A DNA stretch of 64,000 nt, from NCBI GenBank assembly GCA_902605525.1, contig CACLCV010000002.1:6176-70175 (forward strand). The letters are read 5' to 3'. The notes under the pieces are model-generated. The model saw nothing but the letters and a program-made list of their open reading frames with translations, was not told the DNA's origin and did not search any database. This stretch comes from an uncultured Gammaproteobacteria bacterium (GTDB lineage: Bacteria; Pseudomonadota; Gammaproteobacteria; GCA-002705445; GCA-002716945). Numbering within the stretch: the first letter of the stretch is position 1; every line of letters starts with the position of its first letter. Shown piece after piece: positions 53,767 to 64,000 of the stretch. Both the position numbers and the translations under genes were made by a program.

Positions 53767-55109
53767 TCAACAAAGTATTGATTGCAAATAGGGGTGAAAT
53801 AGCTCTAAGAGTACTTAGGGCATGTAAGAAGCTTGGTATTAAAACAGTAGCAGTTCATTCAACAGCGGATAGACAGTTAGCTCATGTAAAACTTGCAGAC
53901 GAATCTGTATGTATTGGTGGCCCTAATCCACGAGAAAGCTACCTCAATATGCCATCTATTATAAGTGCAGCTGAACTAACTAATTCTGACGCTATTCATC
54001 CGGGCTATGGATTTTTATCTGAATCTGAAATGTTTGCAGAAATTATTGAAACCAATAAATTTAAGTTTATAGGGCCATCAAGTAAAGTGTTAAATAAGAT
54101 GGGGGATAAAATTAAAGCTAAGAATGCAATGAAAGACTTCGGTGTTCCATGCATTCCGGGTTTTGATGGAGTTCTTCCTGAGCAGCCTAATAAAGCAATG
54201 CTTAAAAAAGTTAACGAAATTGGTTATCCGATAATGTTAAAAGCAATTCATGGTGGTGGCGGTAGAGGCATGATGGTCGTTGAAAAAGAATCTGACCTTG
54301 CTAGTAGTATGAATATTGTGCGAACAGAAGCTAAAAATGCTTTTGGTAATGGGGACTTATACTTTGAAAAATATTTTGATAATCCTAGGCATATTGAAAT
54401 ACAAATCATGAGCGATGAACATGGCAATGCAGTTCATTTTGGTGAGAGAGATTGCTCTATGCAAAGAAGGAATCAAAAAGTTATTGAAGAAACACAGGCA
54501 TGTGGAATTTCACGTAGCGAAATTGATAAAATTGGATCTGTATGTGCAGATGCATGTATAAAACTAGGTTATACAGGTGCAGGTACATTTGAATTTTTAT
54601 ATCAAGATGGTCATTTTAGCTTCATTGAGATGAACACAAGAATACAGGTTGAGCACCCTGTCACTGAACTAGTGACTAATACGGATTTAATTGCTGAGCA
54701 AATAAAAGTCGCATCAGGCGAAAGCTTAAGCATGAAGCAAAAAGATATTGCCCTTAAGGGACATGCTATTGAATGCCGAATAAATGCTGAGGATCCTGTA
54801 ACATTTATTCCATCTCCGGGTAAAATTGAAGCTTTTCACGCTCCAGGAGGGCCTGGCGTTAGAATAGATACTCATGTTTACAGTGGCTATTCAGTACCTC
54901 CATATTATGACTCTCTCTTAGCCAAGTTAATCACATATGATAAGACTAGAGAGCTTGCAATAGAAAAAATGTATCAAGCATTGAGTGAAACTGTAGTTCA
55001 AGGTGTTAAAACAAATATCGATTTACATAAAAAGTTATTAAGAACAGATTTCTTTTCATCTGGTAATTACTCCATAAATACACTTACAAAGTATATTAAA
55101 AATAAGTAA
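53763..55109 (+). CDS. accC: Biotin carboxylase
   Basis: ATP-grasp fold and [14 protein letters not shown]. Confidence 0.96.
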   Translation: MINKVLIANRGEIALRVLRACKKLGIKTVAVHSTADRQLAHVKLADESVCIGGPNPRESYLNMPSIISAAELTNSDAIHPGYGFLSESEMFAEIIETNKFKFIGPSSKVLNKMGDKIKAKNAMKDFGVPCIPGFDGVLPEQPNKAMLKKVNEIGYPIMLKAIHGGGGRGMMVVEKESDLASSMNIVRTEAKNAFGNGDLYFEKYFDNPRHIEIQIMSDEHGNAVHFGERDCSMQRRNQKVIEETQACGISRSEIDKIGSVCADACIKLGYTGAGTFEFLYQDGHFSFIEMNTRIQVEHPVTELVTNTDLIAEQIKVASGESLSMKQKDIALKGHAIECRINAEDPVTFIPSPGKIEAFHAPGGPGVRIDTHVYSGYSVPPYYDSLLAKLITYDKTRELAIEKMYQALSETVVQGVKTNIDLHKKLLRTDFFSSGNYSINTLTKYIKNK

Positions 55110-55191
55110 TTTTTAGTTATTTGACCTTTATCAAAAGTACTATTGATTGTAATATATTCTATTCGGGGTGATCATTTTATTTAAATAGAAT

Positions 55192-55455
55192 ATGAAGAAA
55201 AAAAGAGTAACAAAAAATTTATCCAATAGTAGTCTGAGTGCAGTTGTAAAAAAAGAAGCTAAATTATTTATAAAAAATATGAATGGTAATGGAAGCACTT
55301 CGAATATGCATAGTCTTTTTTTAAATGATACCGAAAGAACTTTAATAGATACCGTTCTTGAATTATGCAAAGGAAACGTAACAAAATCTGCTGACTTCCT
55401 TGGAATAAGCCGAGGTACACTAATCAAAAGAATTAAAGAGTATGACATAAAATAG
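55192..55455 (+). CDS. fis: Fis-family DNA-binding protein
   Basis: C-terminal HTH GNVTKSADFLGISRGTLIKRIKEY. Position before purH. Confidence 0.75.
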   Translation: MKKKRVTKNLSNSSLSAVVKKEAKLFIKNMNGNGSTSNMHSLFLNDTERTLIDTVLELCKGNVTKSADFLGISRGTLIKRIKEYDIK

Positions 55456-55456
55456 G

Positions 55457-57004
55457 ATGAACAAAATAGCTCTTATTAGTGTATCCGACAAGACAAACAT
55501 AGATTTATTAGCATCCAAACTAGTTGAAAATGGCTACACAATTATATCAACAGGAGGTACTGCTAATTATCTTCAAGAAAAGGGGATAAAAATAATCCCT
55601 ATATCTAAATTTACAAAATTTGAGGAAATCCTTGGCGGTAGAGTAAAGACATTACACCCTATTATTCATGCAGGGATATTAGCTAAATCAAAAAAAGATC
55701 TTGATAAGCTTAAAAATAAAAAATATTCACTAATTGATATGGTTGTTGTTAATTTATATCCTTTTGAAAAAACAATTGCTAAAAAAACTTGCTCATTTAG
55801 TTTAGCCATCGAAAATATTGATATTGGCGGTCCTACATTATTGAGAGCATCCGCAAAAAATCATCAAAGAGTTACGGTTCTTACAGACCCATTAGATTAT
55901 GATCAAGTACTAGATGAAATAGAAAATAAAGGTAATGTTCAACCCAAAACAAGATTAAGATTAGCTACTAAAGTTTACTCTCTAGTTTCAAAATATGACT
56001 CATTAATTGCAAGCTATCTGAATAAATTTACAGAGAATAATAATGGTTTAATGGATGAAAACATATCGATAGATGCTAAAGAATTATCTAAACTTCGATA
56101 TGGAGAAAACCCTCATCAAAAAGCTAAATTATACGAGATTATAAATCCTCATCTTACAAAATTTGCATACACGCAACTATCTGGCAAAGCTCTATCGTTT
56201 AATAATCTTGTTGATACTGAGAGCGCATTCTCATGTGTAGAACAATTTGATATGCCATCATGTGTAATAGTAAAACATGCAAACCCATGCGGAGTAGCAT
56301 CATCGAATTCACTTGAGGATTCATACAATAATGCTTATAAAACTGATCCAACTTCAGCTTTTGGCGGTATAATAACTTTCAATAAAAAAGTTAATCATCA
56401 ACTTATTTCCAAAATATTAGAAAAACAATTTGTTGAAGTAATTGCTGCTCCAGGATTCGACAAAGAAACAATGGATGTTATACAGAAGAAACCTAATGTC
56501 AGGCTTCTCAAAATCAAACTAAAGAAAAAGAAAGATGTTGTTTATGAAACAAAACTTTTAAGAGATAAGCTGCTTGTACAAGAAAAAGATAATAAATATA
56601 TTACATCAAAAGATATTACTACGGTAACCACAAAAAAACCTACTGCTAAACAAATTGAGGATATGATATTTGCTTTTAAAATATCTAGATATGTAAAATC
56701 AAATTCTATAGTTATAGTAAAAAATAATAGGACACTAGCCATAGGCGCAGGTCAGATGAGTAGAATTGATTCAACAAATATTGCTTATAATAAAGCTAAG
56801 AAAGAAAAAATCTCTTTAGGAGGTTCTGTAATGGCATCTGAAGCTTTTTTTCCTTTTAGAGATAACGTTGACCTGGCAAAAAAGTTAGGGGTATCAGCAA
56901 TTATTCAACCAGGCGGCTCAATAAATGATGAAAAAATAATTAAAGTTGCTAATCAACATAAATTGTCTATGTGCTTTTCTCATACAAGAGTGTTTAAACA
57001 TTGA
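55457..57004 (+). CDS. purH: Bifunctional AICAR transformylase / IMP cyclohydrolase
   Basis: ALISVSDKT, GGRVKTLHP and a C-terminus ending ...TRVFKH. Confidence 0.96.
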   Translation: MNKIALISVSDKTNIDLLASKLVENGYTIISTGGTANYLQEKGIKIIPISKFTKFEEILGGRVKTLHPIIHAGILAKSKKDLDKLKNKKYSLIDMVVVNLYPFEKTIAKKTCSFSLAIENIDIGGPTLLRASAKNHQRVTVLTDPLDYDQVLDEIENKGNVQPKTRLRLATKVYSLVSKYDSLIASYLNKFTENNNGLMDENISIDAKELSKLRYGENPHQKAKLYEIINPHLTKFAYTQLSGKALSFNNLVDTESAFSCVEQFDMPSCVIVKHANPCGVASSNSLEDSYNNAYKTDPTSAFGGIITFNKKVNHQLISKILEKQFVEVIAAPGFDKETMDVIQKKPNVRLLKIKLKKKKDVVYETKLLRDKLLVQEKDNKYITSKDITTVTTKKPTAKQIEDMIFAFKISRYVKSNSIVIVKNNRTLAIGAGQMSRIDSTNIAYNKAKKEKISLGGSVMASEAFFPFRDNVDLAKKLGVSAIIQPGGSINDEKIIKVANQHKLSMCFSHTRVFKH

Positions 57005-57005
57005 T

Positions 57006-58349
57006 ATGGGACTAAAGATTTTAATATTAGGATCTGGTGGAAGAGAACATGCAATATCATGGATAATTTCTAAGTCTAAAAGAGAAATTGAAAAAATATA
57101 TGTTATGCCTGGAAATGCAGGAACATTATCTGAAAAAAATGTTTTCAACATAGAGTGTGATATCAATAATCATCAAGCTGTGTTGAATTTTGCTCTTGAG
57201 AATAATATTGACTTAACAATAGTAGGACCAGAAGTGCCATTGGTTGAAGGCATAAGTGACTTATTTGAAGAAAATAATCTCAATATTTTTGGTCCTAAAA
57301 AATATTTTGCACAACTAGAAGGGTCGAAAGTATTTTCAAAGAATTTTATGGATTCTAATAGTCTTCCTACAGCAAGCTATAAGGAATTTGATGATTCTAA
57401 AAAAGCAAAAGACTATTTAAATAATAAAAAAATGCCAATTGTGATTAAATATGATGGTCTAGCATCTGGAAAAGGTGTTGATATTTGTGAAACAATTGAT
57501 GCTGCAAAAAATTCTATTGATAACTTACTTAAACCAGAAGAAAAAATTATAATCGAAGACTTTATAAAAGGTATAGAGCTCTCAGCCATATATATTTGTA
57601 ATCCTAATGCTAATAAAAAAAATATTGGACTTACTTGGATAAAAGATTACAAATCAAGGGATGAATATAATTCAGGCCCTAATACAGGTGGAATGGGTGC
57701 AGTGACTCACCCCTTTTGCGCCTATAAAAAAAATGATATCTACTCTTTAAATGTTGAAATAGAGAAAATACTTATAAAGACTATAGTTGCTATCAATAAT
57801 GGATCAGGTACTGCTAGTAGATATAATGGCTTCATGTACCTAGGATTAATGGTATCAACTCATGATGATAAACCATATCTACTTGAATATAACTGTAGAA
57901 TGGGTGATCCAGAAACACAAAATATCCTTATGTATCTTGATAAAAACGAAGTTGATTTCCTTGACCTTATAGGATTTGACAACTCACAATATCCTGATAA
58001 CTTCAACTTATCATTTATAGATAATAAAAAATACTCGGGTTATTGTTGTACTATAGTTTTAGCAGCTACAGGTTACCCAGAAAAACCAATAAAGGATTTT
58101 TATATTGATTTATCCCAATTAGAGGAAAATGAATTTGTTAAAGTATTTCATGCTGGAACGCAAATCAATAATGGTTCGTTAAAGGTTACGGGTGGAAGGA
58201 TACTTTCCGTTAATACGTATGGAGAGGACAAACAAAGCGCTATTGATTTAGCATATGAAAGTGTATCCAAAATCAAAGCTTATACTGATTCAGATCTGAA
58301 AAATGAAGATAATGCCTTAGTATTTTTCAGAAGTGATATTGGTTCGTAA
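57006..58349 (+). CDS. purD: Phosphoribosylamine--glycine ligase
   Basis: Start MGLKILILGSGGREHAISW chosen at 57006. ATP-grasp fold. Confidence 0.93.
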   Translation: MGLKILILGSGGREHAISWIISKSKREIEKIYVMPGNAGTLSEKNVFNIECDINNHQAVLNFALENNIDLTIVGPEVPLVEGISDLFEENNLNIFGPKKYFAQLEGSKVFSKNFMDSNSLPTASYKEFDDSKKAKDYLNNKKMPIVIKYDGLASGKGVDICETIDAAKNSIDNLLKPEEKIIIEDFIKGIELSAIYICNPNANKKNIGLTWIKDYKSRDEYNSGPNTGGMGAVTHPFCAYKKNDIYSLNVEIEKILIKTIVAINNGSGTASRYNGFMYLGLMVSTHDDKPYLLEYNCRMGDPETQNILMYLDKNEVDFLDLIGFDNSQYPDNFNLSFIDNKKYSGYCCTIVLAATGYPEKPIKDFYIDLSQLEENEFVKVFHAGTQINNGSLKVTGGRILSVNTYGEDKQSAIDLAYESVSKIKAYTDSDLKNEDNALVFFRSDIGS

Positions 58350-59168
58350 TTATTTAATCTGACACTTATCACAAAAATAAGATGCCCTACCAGATATTTT
58401 AATGTTAGTTACTTTATTATTTTTATGAATGGGGCATTTATCTTTCTGGTATATCAGTAATTCTTGTGTAAAGTATCCAGGTTTCCCCTCAGCGTTAACA
58501 TAATCTTTGATAGTTGTTCCACCCATTTTAATTGCTTTTGATAAAATACTTTTTATACTTCTAACTAATTTTTTACACTTTAAAAGTGTCAATTTATTTG
58601 TTCTCATAGCAGGATGAATCTTGGATAAAAATAGTGCCTCTGCTGCATAAATGTTCCCTACTCCAACTACTATTTTTTGGTTCATTATAAATTCTTTAAT
58701 TGTACAAGATCTTTTTTTTGATAATTCATATAAGTATTCTGTATTAAAATCACTAGATAAAGGCTCTATGCCTAAATTTTTTATCAAAAACATGTTATTT
58801 AAATCACTTGATATATGTATGGATCCAAATTTCCTAACATCATTAAATATGAAAACAAAATCACTAAAGTATATTAATAAATGATCATGTTTATGTTTTT
58901 CATAATCCTCTATCTTTTTGAACGAGATAATCCCAGTCATGCCTAAATGAATTATTAATATTTCTTTTTGCGACTTAAATTTAAATATCAGATATTTACC
59001 TCTTCGTGATACACTTTTAATAGTTTTGTCCTCTAAGTGTCTAACTTTTCTAGTCTCTATGGGCCATCTAAGTTTTGGATTTATTACCTTAGTTTTTTTA
59101 ATTTTTTTATTTTCAACCCTACACTTAACAAGGGTCATAATTGTTTCAACTTCAGGTAATTCAGGCAT
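58350..59168 (-). CDS. mutM: Formamidopyrimidine-DNA glycosylase
   Basis: N-terminal MPELPEVE and a C-terminal zinc finger C-x..-C...CDKC. Confidence 0.93.
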   Translation of the reverse strand: MPELPEVETIMTLVKCRVENKKIKKTKVINPKLRWPIETRKVRHLEDKTIKSVSRRGKYLIFKFKSQKEILIIHLGMTGIISFKKIEDYEKHKHDHLLIYFSDFVFIFNDVRKFGSIHISSDLNNMFLIKNLGIEPLSSDFNTEYLYELSKKRSCTIKEFIMNQKIVVGVGNIYAAEALFLSKIHPAMRTNKLTLLKCKKLVRSIKSILSKAIKMGGTTIKDYVNAEGKPGYFTQELLIYQKDKCPIHKNNKVTNIKISGRASYFCDKCQIK

Positions 59169-59223
59169 AATAATTGGACATAATGTATTTTCTTGTTAAG
59201 ATAATAACCTACTGGAAACTAAT

Positions 59224-60375
59224 ATGCTCGAAACATTCATAAACGGACTTATACCACTCAGCTTTATAGAATATGCCATATATACATTGGTGGTTACTCA
59301 TATAACAATTGTAGCAATAACGCTCTATCTTCATAGAGGGGTTTGCCACTCGGCTATAGAGATTCATCCTATTCTCTCGCATTTCTTTAGGTTCTGGTTG
59401 TGGTTGACTACATCCATGAGAACAGCTGATTGGGTTGCAATACACAGAAAGCATCATGCAAAAGTTGAAACTGAAGACGATCCGCATAGTCCAACATTCT
59501 ATGGTATCAACAAGGTAATTTTTCAAGGAGCAGATCTCTACCACAAAGAGAAAAATAACAAAGAAACTATAGAAAAATATTCTCAGAACTGTCCTACAGA
59601 TTGGGTAGAGGAAAAGATTTATACTGGCAGAAATAATCTAGGCATATTATTACTATTTATTATTAACATTGCATTATTTGGAACAGTTGGAATAATAATT
59701 TGGGCTATACAAATGATGTGGACTCCAATATTTGCAGCAGGCGGTATAAACGGTGCCGGACACTATTGGGGTTATCGAAATTATAATACTAATGATGATT
59801 CAACAAATATGTCACCAATAGGAATTATTATTGGAGGTGAAGAACTGCATAACAATCATCATGCATATCCAACAGCAGCAAAATTTTCATTAAGACCATG
59901 GGAATTTGATATAGGATGGATGTACATTAAAATATTTGGGATCTTTGGCTTATGTAAAGTTAAAAGAGTTGCTCCGAAACCAGTAATTCAAGAAAAAGAA
60001 AATACAGATGCTAAAACTATTACGCAGTCTTTATTACAATCCAAACTAGCTGTAATTACAGATTTTACACAAAGAGTGCTTAAACCAGCTTATCAAGAAG
60101 AGAGATTTGAACTTTCATTTAAATTACTTGCAGATCATCCACAAAGATTAAATGAAAGCCAAGAGAATAAGCTAAATGCATTACTTAAAAATGACTCTAC
60201 ACTTAATACAATTTACAAACTCAAAAATAAACTTCATGAAATATTACACTCTAGACAAACTAAGCATGATAAGTTCATTGAAACATTAAACAGTTGGTCT
60301 AGTGAAGCTAAAAGCCATGGTATAACGGCATTGGATGACTTTCTGATAAGACTTAGAAGTTATAAAGTTATTTAA
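59224..60375 (+). CDS. Membrane fatty-acid desaturase (acyl-CoA/acyl-lipid delta-9-like)
   Basis: His boxes HRKHH, HSP and HNNHH, with TM hairpins. Confidence 0.85.
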   Translation: MLETFINGLIPLSFIEYAIYTLVVTHITIVAITLYLHRGVCHSAIEIHPILSHFFRFWLWLTTSMRTADWVAIHRKHHAKVETEDDPHSPTFYGINKVIFQGADLYHKEKNNKETIEKYSQNCPTDWVEEKIYTGRNNLGILLLFIINIALFGTVGIIIWAIQMMWTPIFAAGGINGAGHYWGYRNYNTNDDSTNMSPIGIIIGGEELHNNHHAYPTAAKFSLRPWEFDIGWMYIKIFGIFGLCKVKRVAPKPVIQEKENTDAKTITQSLLQSKLAVITDFTQRVLKPAYQEERFELSFKLLADHPQRLNESQENKLNALLKNDSTLNTIYKLKNKLHEILHSRQTKHDKFIETLNSWSSEAKSHGITALDDFLIRLRSYKVI

Positions 60376-60523
60376 TTTTCTTTTCTGTATAAGTGACGTA
60401 CTTTCTAACAACAGGATCAAATTTTTTAATTTCCATCTTATCAGGCATAGTTTTCTTATTTTTAGTTGTGGTATAAAAATGGCCTGTGCCAGCAGATGAT
60501 ACTAGTTTGATTTTTTCTCTCAT
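60368..60523 (-). CDS. rpmG: 50S ribosomal protein L33
   Basis: My own translation is [51 protein letters not shown]. It is below the track cut-off and has a TAATG overlap with rpmB. Confidence 0.92.
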   Translation of the reverse strand: MREKIKLVSSAGTGHFYTTTKNKKTMPDKMEIKKFDPVVRKYVTYTEKKIK

Positions 60524-60747
60524 TACTTAAGTCCGTATTTTACTAAAGCAGAATCTAATCCAAGCTTATTGACTATTCTTAGTCCCTTGTTTGATAGAGT
60601 AAGTTTAATGAATTTATTTTGTTTTTCTGACCACAGTCTGTGAGAGTGTAAATTTGGCTCAAATGTGCGCCTTGTACGGTTCTTTGCATGGGAAACATTA
60701 TTCCCTACCATTACTCTTTTTTTTGTTATATCGCAAATTTTAGACAT
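60523..60747 (-). CDS. rpmB: 50S ribosomal protein L28
   Basis: [37 protein letters not shown] parallels E. coli L28. Internal ATG at 60747 chosen. Confidence 0.93.
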   Translation of the reverse strand: MSKICDITKKRVMVGNNVSHAKNRTRRTFEPNLHSHRLWSEKQNKFIKLTLSNKGLRIVNKLGLDSALVKYGLK

Positions 60748-60823
60748 GATTTTGTAACTCAATAATGATATCAGAAACCTAATCAGATACAATACTGTTT
60801 ATTATATAAATGAGAGAGAAAAT

Positions 60824-61183
60824 ATGGATATTGTGTTTATTAAAGAACTTTGTATTGAGACTGTCATAGGGATCTATGACTGGGAACGTAAAATTAAGCA
60901 ATTTGTATGCATAGACCTAGAATTAGGTACAGATATTAGTGATGCATCAAATAGCGATGTAATAAATGATACTGTGGACTATAAGGCGGTCTCCAAGGAG
61001 TTAAAGTCATTTATAGGAGATAGTAAATTTCAACTAATAGAAGCTTTAGCAGAAGAATCTGTAAAGCTTATATTTAAAAACTTTAATGTAACTTATATAA
61101 AAGGAAGGTTTAGTAAACCAGGAGCTGTTACTGGCTCTAAAGAAGTTGGAGTTATAATTGAGCGCTATAGAAAAAAATCATAA
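60824..61183 (+). CDS. folB: Dihydroneopterin aldolase
   Basis: IGIYDWER and VDYKAV blocks. 119 aa. Confidence 0.88.
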   Translation: MDIVFIKELCIETVIGIYDWERKIKQFVCIDLELGTDISDASNSDVINDTVDYKAVSKELKSFIGDSKFQLIEALAEESVKLIFKNFNVTYIKGRFSKPGAVTGSKEVGVIIERYRKKS

Positions 61184-61664
61184 AGTCTACGTTGGTATTG
61201 GAAGTAATATCAATCAGGGAATACATATAAGGGCTTGCATAAAGGCGTTAAATAATGAATTTACGAATTTAGAACTTTCCCCTACATATGAATCTTCATC
61301 AATGGGATTTGATGGGCCAAATTTTTATAATTTGGTTGCAGTATTTAAGACTGAATATGATGTTATTAAATTAAAAAAAATACTCAATGCTATTGAAAGA
61401 GAAAATGGGAGATCTTTAGGAGAGGTAAAATTCAGTTCAAGGACATTGGATATAGATATATTGTATTACGATAATCTAGTTGATATTGATAAAAACATAC
61501 CAAGGTCAGAAATTGTTAAATTTGATTTTGTTTTGCGCCCACTTTATGACTTATGTCCTGCGCATGTACATCCGATTACCCAAAAGACTCATCACACCAT
61601 GATTAATAATACAACTTACGAAAAAATGATTATTAATCAAATTGATATTAATTATGAATGTTAA
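61158..61664 (+). CDS. folK: 2-amino-4-hydroxy-6-hydroxymethyldihydropteridine diphosphokinase
   Basis: VYVGIGSN, RTLDIDIL and the PH..I blocks. TTG start. Confidence 0.88.
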   Translation: MSAIEKNHKVYVGIGSNINQGIHIRACIKALNNEFTNLELSPTYESSSMGFDGPNFYNLVAVFKTEYDVIKLKKILNAIERENGRSLGEVKFSSRTLDIDILYYDNLVDIDKNIPRSEIVKFDFVLRPLYDLCPAHVHPITQKTHHTMINNTTYEKMIINQIDINYEC

Positions 61665-62076
61665 ATACCTTGTGTCGTATCTTGGTCTTTTACCATTTCT
61701 ATGTCTTATTATTGATGGATACTACCTTGAAATATTAGATGTTAACTTTATATGGGATCTTTCCTTGTTGATGAGTTGTATTATATTTACATTTATTGGC
61801 GCATATAATTGGAACTTTGTAATAGACCGTCCATGGCTTGAATTCTATGGATTTATGCCTAGTTTAATATCAATGGTAATTCTTACATTAAGTCTTTTGG
61901 GAATCAGTAAAATAATCTTATTAATGGTAGTGGTAGTATTTTTGGTCACTCAACTATTTTTTGATTTGATTTTATCTTTGAAGGATATATTTCCAATGAG
62001 GTATTTTATGACACTTAGGATTCCGGTCACTAGCGGGTTAACAATTAGTCTTTTTTTGATTTCATTAATATCATAA
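61642..62076 (+). CDS. DUF3429-like membrane protein
   Basis: YLGLLPF near the N-terminus and FTFIGAYNW. Four TM segments. Confidence 0.5.
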   Translation: MILIMNVKYLVSYLGLLPFLCLIIDGYYLEILDVNFIWDLSLLMSCIIFTFIGAYNWNFVIDRPWLEFYGFMPSLISMVILTLSLLGISKIILLMVVVVFLVTQLFFDLILSLKDIFPMRYFMTLRIPVTSGLTISLFLISLIS

Positions 62077-62078
62077 TA

Positions 62079-62810
62079 TTACATATTCAAACGTCTACCA
62101 CCATCCACATTAATATTTTGCCCGGTGATATAAGGACTCTGCTCAAGAAGAAAATATATGGTCTTTGCGATATCAGCAGGTTCACCAACTGATTTCATTG
62201 GTATTTTGCTTAAGATATCGAGCTTCTTCTTATTACTGGATTCGTTTTCTGGCCACATGATAGCCCCCGGAGACACTCCATTAACTCGTATATGAGGAGC
62301 TAAATCTTTTGCAAGAGCCCTTGTTAGTGCCAAAAGACCTGCTTTACTTACATTGTATATAATATGATCTTTTAATGGTGGCTCCACATGTATATCAATA
62401 ATGTTGATTATTACTCCTCGCCTTTTTTTAAGTTCATTATGAAAATACTTAGATAAAAACAACGGGGTCTTTATGTTTGTATCAATTGTATCCGACCATG
62501 CTTTATCTGATACTTCATTTATTTTAGTTGGGTAGAACTTAGAAGCATTATTTATGAGATAATCTAATCTGCCAAAAAGTCTAATGATATCTGTAGTAAT
62601 TTTTTTATAGTTAATATTTGAATTAAATTTGGCTTTATAAATATGACAAGACCCTTTTCTTTTAAGGTTAAGCTTTTTTTTAAGAGCATTTGCAGCTACA
62701 GATGATTTACTATAAGTAATTACAATATTAATTCCTTTTGAATGCAAGTAATTAGCTGTTTCCGCACCTATTCTCCTTGCTCCTCCAGTTATTAATGCAA
62801 CTTTATTCAT
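62079..62810 (-). CDS. Short-chain dehydrogenase/reductase, pteridine-reductase (FolM)-like
   Basis: ALITGGARRIG, YNVSK and the folate-gene neighbourhood. Internal ATG at 62810 chosen. Confidence 0.7.
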   Translation of the reverse strand: MNKVALITGGARRIGAETANYLHSKGINIVITYSKSSVAANALKKKLNLKRKGSCHIYKAKFNSNINYKKITTDIIRLFGRLDYLINNASKFYPTKINEVSDKAWSDTIDTNIKTPLFLSKYFHNELKKRRGVIINIIDIHVEPPLKDHIIYNVSKAGLLALTRALAKDLAPHIRVNGVSPGAIMWPENESSNKKKLDILSKIPMKSVGEPADIAKTIYFLLEQSPYITGQNINVDGGRRLNM

Positions 62811-62886
62811 TAATATATAATTACACAATCTAAAAATAATTTATACTTCTACTATAAAATAATGTTTCACGCTATCTATAAAAAAA

Positions 62887-63960
62887 ATGTCTCAGTCGAA
62901 ACTTGAAATCTTACTTAAAAGGAAAAAAGAAGTTAGTTTTTCTGATTATATGGAATTTATATTATTTGATAAAGAATATGGTTTATATGAGAACCATGAA
63001 ATATTAGGGGAAAAAGGACACTTTATTACATCTCCTTTAGTATCAAAACATTTTTCTCACTGTATAGCTAAACATTATATAAAAGAATCAACTTTTGATA
63101 CCATTGTCGAATTAGGTGGGGGCGATGCAAGTTTAGCTTGTGACTTACTATTCTACCTAAAAGATAAAAAAGAATTGCCTAATAAATATATTTTCTTTGA
63201 GAAATCTGATTATTTAATAAAAAAACAGAAATCCATTATTAGTGAAAAGTCTATTAGTAAATTGGTAGATATTTCCTGGGTATCAGATCTTAAAGATTTA
63301 CCAAATGAGGCATTTATTGTCTCAAATGAATTATTTGATTGCATACCAACTGATATTATAATGCATGTTCCTGGGGGTTATCAGAAAGCTTATATCAATG
63401 ATGATTATAAATTAGATTGGAAAAAACTCAATTTTAAGTATGATTCAGCTTTTACAGATTTAGGTTTACCAAAAAATCTTCCTAATAACTATATATTTGA
63501 ATATAGCTATGCTCAGAGGGATATTATTAACGAAATTTCAGGAGTTCTACACAGAGCATGTTTTTTAATATTTGACTATGGCTACACATCATCAGAACTT
63601 TACTTAAAAGATAGATCATTAGGAACAATCACATGTATTAAAAATCATGTAACAGATTTTAATCCTCTATCTGACGTTGGAACGAAAGATGTCAGTGCTT
63701 TTGTAAACTTTACTTACCTGAAAAATATCTTTAGCAAAAATAATTGGGAAATAGTAGCTTTTATGAATCAAGCTAACTACTTGATTAATTTTAATATCCT
63801 AAATGACATTAATGTAAATGATATTGATGAGTTAAATGCTGTTAAAAAATTGATCATGCCTAATCATATGGGTGAACTGTTTAAAGTTCTTATTATAAAG
63901 AAAAATATCAATGAAACAGATAAAAATTACTTCATGAAAAATGACATAATAAAATTATAA
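62887..63960 (+). CDS. MidA/NDUFAF7-family (DUF185) SAM-dependent methyltransferase
   Basis: GHFITSPLVS, ELGGGDASLA and SNELFDCIP blocks. Confidence 0.7.
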   Translation: MSQSKLEILLKRKKEVSFSDYMEFILFDKEYGLYENHEILGEKGHFITSPLVSKHFSHCIAKHYIKESTFDTIVELGGGDASLACDLLFYLKDKKELPNKYIFFEKSDYLIKKQKSIISEKSISKLVDISWVSDLKDLPNEAFIVSNELFDCIPTDIIMHVPGGYQKAYINDDYKLDWKKLNFKYDSAFTDLGLPKNLPNNYIFEYSYAQRDIINEISGVLHRACFLIFDYGYTSSELYLKDRSLGTITCIKNHVTDFNPLSDVGTKDVSAFVNFTYLKNIFSKNNWEIVAFMNQANYLINFNILNDINVNDIDELNAVKKLIMPNHMGELFKVLIIKKNINETDKNYFMKNDIIKL

Positions 63961-64000
63961 TGGATATCTTAAATATTATAATTTTATCTATAATTCAAGG
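63960..64000 (+). CDS. Start of a membrane-protein gene, possibly undecaprenyl-diphosphatase (runs off the window end)
   Basis: TAATG overlap with the upstream gene. MDILNIIILSIIQ... resembles UppP N-termini (..ILGIIQGLTEF). Only 13 codons are visible. Confidence 0.25.
   Translation, partial: MDILNIIILSIIQ

Noticed and set aside
60368-60375. Convergent gene-end overlaps: desaturase/rpmG 8 nt, island ORF/helicase 4 nt at 11430-11433, fbpC/fadD 4 nt at 46642-46645, plus zero-spacer junctions at 33543/33544 and 58349/58350
   Set aside because: This is consistent with general genome compaction in this organism and is not a specific regulatory device.

Overview
This is an AT-rich (about 30% GC by eye), very tightly packed chromosomal segment with typical gammaproteobacterial core synteny. 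The conserved blocks are TPR-ispE-tRNA-Gln-prs-rplY-pth-ychF-tRNA-Met, hemA-prfA-prmC, gatCAB-mreBCD, thiC next to tolC-waaA and LPS-core genes, an fbpABC-like iron ABC transporter, groES-groEL, dsbD, aroQ-accB-accC-fis-purH-purD, mutM, rpmB-rpmG and folB-folK. This fits a streamlined marine gammaproteobacterium; the exact taxon cannot be set without a search. All calls come from reading the ORF translations and the DNA, with no BLAST or HMM run. Two parts are not ordinary core. (1) 1-8.1 kb is a metal-homeostasis neighbourhood. It holds a TonB-dependent receptor operon with a P19/Tp34-like protein and a His/Cys-rich mini-protein, an OMP / MerP-like / MerT-like / CsoR operon, a COG0523 GTPase and a DUF4399 protein. 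(2) 9884-15091 is a roughly 5.2 kb island inserted at the 3' end of tRNA-Met. It is bounded by a 19/20 direct repeat of the tRNA 3' end and has attP-like internal arm repeats (a perfect 23-bp element near each end plus imperfect inverted repeats). No integrase or transposase is present. Its cargo is five nuclease, helicase and zinc-finger ORFs: an EEP nuclease, an Arg-rich membrane protein, a cross-brace Cys-rich mini-protein, a membrane-anchored UvrD-like helicase with an embedded PD-(D/E)xK module and C-terminal zinc ribbons, and a GIY-YIG protein. I cannot match these to a named defence system, and this island is my best candidate for an undescribed system. No rRNA, CRISPR array, IS element or transposase was seen.
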